From NCBI RefSeq assembly GCF_964355755.1, contig NC_092675.1, positions 1,545,812-1,609,811 on the forward strand: 64,000 bases of DNA. Direction: 5' to 3'. The translations under genes were made by a program, and so were the position numbers. This document shows positions 57,001 to 64,000 of the stretch, piece after piece. This DNA comes from Antedon mediterranea. Lineage: Eukaryota; Animalia; Echinodermata. The notes beneath the pieces were generated by a model. It was not told the DNA's origin and did no database searches. It was given only the letters and a program-made list of their open reading frames with translations. How positions within the stretch are numbered: the first letter of the stretch is position 1; each line of letters starts with the position of its first letter.

Positions 57001-60000
57001 ATTAGGAAGTTTTGACACTTCAGTGACTGATTGCTTTTATTGAGGATCGTTATTAATTTTGAGTCCAAGATTCATTTTACTTTTGTTGAATTCTAATTCC
57101 ATACAGATGAGTCCATCTCAACCGACATTTTATTTCTTTATCAACTTGACGACTAGTTAAAAGTTATACCTTTGTAATGCAACTTTAATCTTGTAATTTG
57201 AGATATTGTACAGAAGGAACATTAAATACCTGTTGTTCATGGGTTGAAATTATTCTTGCGATTTCTTACGCCATCATCGTGTACCGATAGATGATGCCTC
57301 TCAGTTCTTCCAATATGGCATCGCTAGACCATTCATACTGGTACTATAACTATATTCCTTGGGAAGCTATGTACACATGTAGGACATGTGAAAAACAAGT
57401 TGATGAATCGTTTAAAGCCGATCAAGAGGCTGCCATTTTCCAATTACAATCTGCGGCGGGTGATGCTGTTGATGAGCTAGAAATTCCACAAGGTTTGTGT
57501 TGATATTAATTTAAACTATTATTATCACCCAAAAGTGTCAAAAGGTGGGGGTTGTGGTATGGTTGTAGTTTTTTTCCTGATGAAGTGAAGTAGACTTTTC
57601 AAACAAAAATCTTAAAAAAAAAAAATTCTGCCAATCCTACATAGCCAGCATGAAAATATTAGGCTACGCCTAAAGCAATCTTCAGTAGCACCCCTCACAC
57701 TTGCGTTCATTGCTTTCTTAAGCTCTTACTTTCCCCCTTTTGTGGAAAGAAGAACCCCCTTCACCGGTGGATCTAAGGGTTTGAGGAGGAGGGTCATTGT
57801 TAATGTGGTTGCTTCTAAATGTTAGAAATACAATGCAAAAGATAGGACATTATATTAAGATCAGCACTTAATTTCACAATTTTGAGCTTGAAGTTTATCA
57901 ATTTAAGAAAACTGCAGAATGTATTCAGATATATAGAAAATAACTCAAGTTTGAATGAAGACGAACTTTCGCTTAACTTCCTTAAACTTGTGATTGAAAC
58001 TAAACAGAATATGAGTCAGTATTAAAATATTAGGACATTGTTACAACTACTTAACCTATATATAATACAATATCCTGATACAATACATTAATATACTGTA
58101 TGAATACAAGTTTCCCTTTTAATGCTATTTTGCCAACATTTACAAGTAATAATGTGTTATTATCTGTAAGATGTTTTGATACGTTTCTATTAACTACTGT
58201 GTAAAAGACCTTTCATGGAATGGAACGCATTTCTCTTATTTTGATTTACCTCGTCAGTCCCTCAGAGTTACTGTAATTAGTGTCTTTATTATATATATAT
58301 ATATATATATATTATATATTACTGATGAAGGGTTAGTGTTGCCCGAAAGCTCTGCTAACTTTTCTGGCTGTTTTACTTTATCGTTTTGATTTAGCTTTTC
58401 GCTTTTTTTTGTATCTCCATTGAGATCCAGTCACTGATAACCCACAGCATTCTCATTTTTTCAGTAATTTGCCTTTGGATTTATATATATTATATTATTA
58501 TATGTTTTTATGGAAACCAGGTTTAAACATATAATTCATTATTAAAATATAAGGGCACAACTTAGTGCTCAACAAAGTGTGCCCTTAAAGCTCTGTCTAC
58601 ACTTTCAAACTTTATTTGACAAAAAAATGTCATGCGCCCAAATATAGTAGTAATATGCCCAAATATGATATGACATCATCATGTCCATATATGGGCACAT
58701 TCTGTCTACACTTTCAAACTTTGTGACAAAAATGTCATGTGCCCAAATATGGTAGTAATATGTCAAAACATGGTAGTGATATGACATCATCGTGTCCATT
58801 TATTTGCACATCACATTTTGTTGTTACATAAAGTTTGATAGTTTAGACAGAGCTTAACAGGAGCTTTCTTAATAGGGATTGGTCGTAGTGTTCCTTTCAT
58901 GGGAAAGTGTTCCCTTCATGGGAAAGTTCTCCCTTAATCGGGGTGTCCAAAATAAGGGGTTATACAATATTATAAATCAATTCTTAACAGTAATTCATTA
59001 TATTCGATGTTTATGTTGAAAGATTTCATAGGTTTAGCTTTTAACAATTTTATCTGAATATTCTCACAAAGTAAAATGTGGTAGGTTTTACAGTCCCTGA
59101 AAAAGGGCTTACTGATTTAAAAGGCTTGATTGTTCAGAAAAAATTATCTACAGATAAAATTTTCAAAAGGGTTATGAATTGAAGTTTGTTCTGTATTGTT
59201 AAATTATCAGTTGACACCACTCAGCCTTGGCAGAACATATACTTGTTCTGTTCTGTGGTTTGTAAATAATCTTATTTTAACATATAAAAGGTATTACAAT
59301 CATTACAAGATGGGTGTTATTTTGGAAGGGTAATATAGGAACATGACTTATATTACAGGTATTAATATTGTTACACAGTAGTTCTATAGTGGTTTAGAAA
59401 AACAAGTATTATTTTACAATTATTGATTATAAAATTATAAAACAGTATATTAATTTTATAAAAAGTTCAAATTATTATAGAATGAATATATTAAAGTTGG
59501 TCATAATAAGCCATATTAAGTTTCAGTTTAGAATCATCAAATATATTTTTTTATTTATTTATTTATTCAGGTATAACATACAAAACAGCAGCCATTGGCC
59601 GATAACGTTTGTTTACAATCAATATACATATATAATTTAAAGTAAAAGAGACACAATTATAAACAGTATAGAAAAATAACTAAATATTATAAAACACAAA
59701 ATACAATATTATAAACTTCATTGTAAAATTTAACAATTGCCAAAAAAAAACATCTAACATACAAACAATTCAATAAAATTAGGATATCATTTATCAGTTA
59801 AGACATGTTATTTAAAATATAAACAATTGAAGAAAAAAGACAAACATTAGTAGAAACAATACAATATCTTCTCATGCATTCAATGGAAAGTTGTTTACTT
59901 GCTTCCAGACTTAGAATAGAAGTAAAAACTAGAAAAAACAAAGTATATACAATAGGCATGGATTAGCATATTGCTTGATTCATGTGTGTACTACAGGTTG

Positions 60001-60607
60001 TTTGTCAAAACAAGCAAGTGTACCATGTGGTCATTTATGTAAATTGTGTCTGGCTACTAGCATGAGTTTCATTCAGTTTAACTTGAGCTTTCAGGGGTGT
60101 GACACAAGACTTTCATAGTACAGTACTGTAGCTGTTAATACTGTAGTACAGTATATATTTTACAGTAACTTTATACCTATAGTCTTTGACTTTACTTATT
60201 TACCTTGTGAAAAGGATATATTTATAACTTGCAATCCATACTGTTTGGTAAGTTATAAATTAATTGTTGTCTAGTATTTTCTTAAAATATAATATTAAAT
60301 AAGTGTTTTGTACAACTTAAAGCCCAACTTTGCTAGAAGACCTATAATACTGCTTCATATATTCATTAATAGACAGCATTACATTTTTAGTATATGAATA
60401 ACATTTTAGTAGCCAGTTTATCATGATTAATAACCAATTTTGTATCTTTTCAATACTTAAATATATATAGGTTGGATAATGTCTTGATGTATAAAACTTT
60501 GTATACTATTTATTTTGTATTTTTCAGATCCTCATATCAAAGTTAGTGGAAAACCTGAGGACGTAGCAATTGCCAAAGATAGAATAATGTCAATATTAGA
60601 TACCAAG
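30006..60607 (+). CDS. BICC1: Bicaudal-C homolog (KH-domain RNA-binding protein), first four coding exons; gene continues past the window end
   Basis: Exons 30006-30186, 41980-42026, 45106-45175, 60528-60607. Spliced: ...EDRFRVDRKKLEQMLQ|AAEEGHGETGENFFQR|IMLDTNTQITWPSKLKIGAKSKK|DPHIKVSGKPEDVAIAKDRIMSILDTK. This closely matches the BicC/BICC1 N-terminus, with GT-AG junctions in phase. Confidence 0.95.
32020..32240 (+). mobile_element. tRNA-derived SINE (possibly Meta-domain type) with (TTTACC)n tail
   Basis: GGTGGTTAGGACACTTGAC...CCGGGTTCAATTCCC (A/B boxes), CTCAGCTGTAAATAAGTA, GGAACTGGCCACC and tail TACCTTTACCTTTA. Confidence 0.65.
32268..32446 (+). mobile_element. Harbinger-type MITE family B
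   Basis: Complete TIRs with TTA/TTA TSD. Confidence 0.85.
36174..36410. repeat. Foldback (inverted duplication, about 80-bp arms) of a MITE-A fragment plus adjacent sequence
   Basis: ..CCAAATAAGGTACTGATAGGTTATATGTGTTG.. versus ..CAACACATATAACCTATCAGTACCATATTTGG.. Confidence 0.85.
36916..37130. repeat. 15-bp minisatellite (TTGTAGCATACTAGC), about 14 perfect copies
   Basis: Explains the ORFs with MLQAS/ILACS repeats. Confidence 0.97.
39644..39822 (-). mobile_element. Harbinger-type MITE family B (reverse orientation)
   Basis: Reverse complement of the 32268 and 44832 copies. Confidence 0.85.
39889..40020. mobile_element. Small MITE-like element with AGGGTCTTT/AAAGACCCT termini
   Basis: Inverted termini within a TWA context. 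Confidence 0.4.
40030..40730. repeat. 23-bp minisatellite (ATTAAGGGGACACTGACACCCCT), about 30 copies, with a 360-bp higher-order duplication
   Basis: Period 23. The same variant and deleted units recur at 40141-40260 and 40501-40620. Confidence 0.95.
41688..41870. repeat. 47-bp purine-rich tandem repeat, about 4 copies
   Basis: GAGGCCCAGAGAGGAGAGATAGTACTGTAGTG at 41691, 41731, 41778 and 41825. Confidence 0.9.
42454..43421. mobile_element. Non-autonomous piggyBac-like element (968 bp)
   Basis: TTAA-[CACTTTGACTGCCA...TGGCAGTCAAAGTG]-TTAA. Subterminal direct repeat AAAACGAAGATCTTC.TGTTTGGCAGTCAA at about 43344 and 43388. Confidence 0.8.
44832..45023 (+). mobile_element. Harbinger-type MITE family B, about 80 bp upstream of BICC1 exon 3
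   Basis: Complete TIRs with TWA flanks. Confidence 0.85.
46010..46565. repeat. 37-bp minisatellite (TTATTTATAGGGAGGGACGGTTCAAGCGAAATCAGTA), about 15 copies
   Basis: Period 37, head-to-tail, with no spacers. Confidence 0.96.
46864..46892. mobile_element. Ultra-short hairpin insertion with near-perfect 7-bp TSD
   Basis: ATATTAT-[CACGGAGATATAAACTTTATAACTCCATG]-ATATTGT. Confidence 0.5.
47638..48263. mobile_element. Non-autonomous Kolobok-like DNA transposon, 626 bp (copy 2, inverted)
   Basis: TTAA TSDs at 47634-47637 and 48264-48267. Reverse complement of 9604-10229 with only scattered substitutions. Confidence 0.78.
49850..51550. repeat. 50-bp satellite (ACCACTACAACTGTGGAGAATGTTGCACACAGATGTAAAGTGTCATCGCA), about 31 copies plus a degenerate end
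   Basis: Period 50 is directly visible. Confidence 0.97.
52985..53175 (+). mobile_element. Probable LINE 3'UTR with (TTAC)n tail
   Basis: GGGGACCCCTTTGGAAACAAGCC.. structured region, a T-rich stretch, AATAAA, then ACTTACTTACTTACTTAC. Confidence 0.5.
53727..54082. repeat. 39-bp minisatellite (CCAAGACCCCAGTCAACAGAAATGTTATGTTACCAA(AA/CT)T), about 9 copies
   Basis: Explains the 13-aa periodic ORFs in three frames. Confidence 0.96.
54593..54749. mobile_element. MITE with CAGGGGCGGA...CCGCCCCTG termini
   Basis: Inverted termini. An inverted related end (TTTAGCTCCCCTAATCTATAACGCTGGATCCGCCCCTG) lies at about 63402-63440. Related GGCGGATCC heads at about 10818 and 57767. Confidence 0.55.
57291..57492 (+). 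CDS. BICC1: Putative alternative first coding exon of BICC1, splicing to exon 60528
   Basis: ATG-started 67-codon ORF ending CAA G|gtttgt. This is phase 1, matching the phase-1 acceptor of exon 60528 (G|AT = Asp of DPHIK). It has gapless similarity to the canonical exon 1/2 peptide. Confidence 0.55.
58321..58480 (+). mobile_element. Penelope-like terminal fragment with minimal hammerhead ribozyme core, flanked by (TA)n
   Basis: CTGATGA-A-GGG-TTAGTGTTG-CCC-GAA-AGCT-C. Homologous to 2086-2250. Confidence 0.65.
58589..58854. mobile_element. Harbinger-type MITE family A with internal duplication
   Basis: TAA/TAA TSD. The left part (TCTGTCTACACTTTCAAAC...) is repeated at about 58701. Confidence 0.82.
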
Positions 60608-60691
60608 GTAAAGATGATTTAATTAAAATACATATTATTTAAAGATTAACAAGTAAAAACCTATATAAAAAAGGACCATGTTTTCAATTGA

Positions 60692-60925
60692 GCCATGTCT
60701 CCAACGCTGGGCCATGTCACCAATGCTGGGCCATGTCACCAACGCTGGGCCATGTCACCAACGCTGGGCCATGTCACCAACGCTGGGCCATGTCTCCAAC
60801 GCTTTGTTGGCAGTTTCTCCAACACTGAGTAGGTAGTGTCTCCAACGCTTGGTAGGCATGTCTCCAATGCTGGACCGTGTCTCACACTCGACCGGCCGTG
60901 TCACCAACACTGGACCGTGTCCTCA
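60692..60925. repeat. 19-bp degenerate minisatellite (CCATGTCACCAACGCTGGG)
   Basis: About 5 near-perfect units followed by degenerate ones. Confidence 0.9.
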
Positions 60926-62294
60926 AGCTATCTGTTAATTACTTAATAGTCCTTATTTCCTATGATTTTACACATAAATGATTGGAATTAACTACTTTTG
61001 AGTAGCAGAGTATAATATTGCCAATAGAAGGTGAAAATGCATTCAGTTAAAAAAGCTACCATAATATGCTATAGATATTTCCATTGACATCCATCAACTG
61101 AATTCAGTATTCTTGTATTAAAAAACACACAACAAATACAATTTTTACTCTAGAATAGATTGTTATACAGAGCCTATAATCTCCACATAGAAATACAAAC
61201 GACCAAAACACCTTCTTAAATAGCCCAAAGCAAACAGAACTACGCTGCATACATATTATTTAATACTACCATGATTCCAGTTTACTTTAGATAATATTAT
61301 TGTGCGATCGTTAAAGTAATTATTTGAGCTAGTCTGCATTTTGGATCTATTATGTTTGGGCTCAAATTACAAATGGCATTTGCACTAGATTCTATTTATA
61401 CACATTATAATAAGAGAGATGTACATATTTAAAATATGTCTACATCACTAATATTTATTACAATCTATCATTTGGTAACAATTGATTTTTCAACGCATCG
61501 GTATTTGAAAAAAAAAAACAAAGTAGCTACTGTATATAAATGTTGTTCCACATATTTCTCTGATTCTATATAACAATTCTATAATACATCTGTGCATAAT
61601 GTGTTTACAATTATATATTGGTATATATCTAAAACAATATTGTTGTAATATTTGATTCCCAGCTTGTCCTGGTTTGGCTAATTATATTCATATTTATGGA
61701 ATAGTTATAAATACAACTTGGTGATAAATACAATTTCATATTGTAACTTTTGGATGATGCTTGGCGTTGATTTGAATTATCCTTTTAACATAAAACGAGG
61801 AGTTGTTTTGTACCAAACGTCCACATGCATACAACAACAGGATATGAACTCTTATGTTTATAGTGGTTGATTAGATTTGTTATGATTGAGATATATGGTA
61901 AAAATAACTATTTCTATGTTGTAGGTTGGTGGTTGCGGTTACCCGCTCACGGCCTCTGGGGCGGAGGTTCAAATTTACGCTACTGTCAATAATTATTACC
62001 ATAATTTCCAAGCTCACTCCAATATTTGGTAAAAAAAATATTTATAGATTAGATTGAATATGACAACTTCAGTTAATGGAGTATTAAAATTAATATTAAA
62101 TTGTTCGAATGATTATAATTAGTTAGGGTGTTTGTTGTACATGTTTCTGTTCCAATTACAATTTATAAAAAGGACTGCTTAAATTGAAGTGGAATGTTAC
62201 ATAAAGTGAGAGGAAATTTCCCTGGTTCATCACACTTATTGGTGTTTTTTTTTTGTACTAGAAATGTATTCATGTTTAGAAAAGAATGCGTACT

Positions 62295-62690
62295 GTATGT
62301 TACACTATTTACAATATACATTTCTATGTTGTACATTACAATATACATTTTATGTTGTACATTACAACATACATTTCTATGTTGTACATTACAACATACA
62401 TTTCTATGTTGTACATTACAACATACATTTCTATGTTGTACATTACAACATACATTTCTATGTTGTACATTACAACATACATTTCTATGTTGTACATTAC
62501 AACATACATTTCTATGTTGTACATTACAACATACATTTCTATGTTGTACATTACAACATACATTTCTATGTTACACTATTTACAATATACATTTCTATGT
62601 TGTACATTACAACATACATTTCTATGTTGTACATTACAACATACATTTCTATGTTGTAAATTACAACATACATTTCTATGTTGTACAATA
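62295..62690. repeat. 27-bp minisatellite (TACATTTCTATGTTGTACATTACAACA), about 14 copies
   Basis: Explains the 9-aa periodic ORFs at 62194-62762. Confidence 0.96.
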
Positions 62691-64000
62691 GATGGCTCTA
62701 ACAGTATTACATTACATATTACTGTACAGTTTTTACATCAAATAAAGGATTTCGTTTTGTAATGTATTTCAAAATTATTTAACACTTGTGTTTTCCAGTA
62801 TTTAAAACATATTTTTTTCTGCCAAAATTGTGTTCAAAATTAAGTAGAATTACTACACTTCTTTTGCACCAATGTCACAAAAATAAGGCCACAGAATAAA
62901 TTATTTAACAACTAAATTTTTGCACTGAAAAAATTGCAATTTCTTGGCACAGTTTGCACTAACCGTGGCCCAACTGTGTTGATGTATTGCCTTTTCAATG
63001 AGCGTGTTTATCTGTAAAACTGTTTAGCCTAGTGTTGATAACAAGATATCCAACAATATTATATGACATTATACTCTTAGAAACTAAGAAAATTAGCTGG
63101 GAAAATGAAATTTAGAAAGTTCAATACCTTTAAATTTGTATAATATTCATGTTATCAATTCAGAAATGTACACGTCCAGATTAATATTTACAGTATGCAA
63201 AAATAAGCATTTCATTCTAGAATAATTGGATAAATATTTTGAGGTTTATTTAAATTCAATAATTTAACCTTTTTCAAAACATCTAGGCTGTATCTAACCT
63301 TAATAACTAGACAGGATTTAGCACCCGCCACCCCACCTAAAATTTAACAGCCAAATAATGACTATTTTTATTTTTATGCAACCCGACAGATCGCTTTTAT
63401 CTTTAGCTCCCCCTAATCTATAACGCTGGATCCGCCCCTGCCAACATAACTTAACATTACAAGGACAGTTTATTGGCAAAAATATTATGATAAAACAACA
63501 AAGTTTTAGTCTAAATAAGGCATTTAATATTCTTAATTGTAAAAATAGATGTAAATCCCAGGGTCAATAATAAATATATAATAATTATATAATGTTTCTT
63601 AAACCTAATTCTATCCTGATGAAAAGTGACAGCAAGTAAAGATATGGAAGCAATACATCTCAAAATTAATTTATGGAAAGACTTAACATTTTCGCACAGA
63701 GGAAGCAATAACTTACAGAAAAAGATCTCTTCCATATGTGACCGTCCGATATCGTAATATTATGGTTATAAAAAGGTGGTTGGTTCATGCATTGGTTGAT
63801 AGATACGTTCAAGTACGTGGGAATATTTCGGTTTGTCAATTTACAGTTGGGTGGGTAGGAGTGGGAATTACAGAGTATTAAATGGTCCCTAAGGACTGTG
63901 GTAGGATGTACAACAGGCACTGTTTGTGCTGGCCTAGAATAACTTATTATTAATGTAATTTGTTGTTTCATATAGTTAAAACAGGCCAAGGTTTAAAAAA

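Noticed and set aside
57575-57605. Other CTGATGA hits (57577, 42964, 63617)
   Set aside because: No properly placed GAAA box or helix II. Chance matches.

Overview
AT-rich, intron-rich animal genomic DNA, not prokaryotic. The repeat landscape suggests an invertebrate deuterostome such as an echinoderm, which is an inference. Most ORFs in the supplied track are artefacts of introns or tandem repeats. Reading GT-AG exons by hand gives five conserved genes: POLR3D/RPC4 (minus strand, runs off the window start), PRIMPOL (plus, 10 exons), RSAD1/HemW (minus, only 2 coding exons), CDP-diacylglycerol synthase CDS1/2 (plus, 13 exons) and the 5' part of Bicaudal-C/BICC1 (plus, very large introns, runs off the window end). 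POLR3D-PRIMPOL and RSAD1-CDS are head-to-head pairs about 0.5 kb apart. Introns hold many non-autonomous elements (PIF/Harbinger MITEs, Kolobok-, piggyBac-, Ginger- and Helentron-like elements, tRNA-SINEs, LINE tails) and many minisatellites. The most interesting signals are: (1) a phase-compatible alternative first coding exon inside BICC1 intron 3 that looks like a diverged copy of the canonical N-terminus; (2) several Penelope-type minimal hammerhead ribozyme motifs, all partly damaged; (3) a family of 21-30 bp hairpin insertions with 7-bp target-site duplications; (4) a Ginger-like element packed with TTGCGCAA palindromes next to a bidirectional promoter; (5) a MITE inserted exactly at the PRIMPOL stop codon. 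No database searches were run. All homology calls rest on recognising conserved protein motifs from memory.
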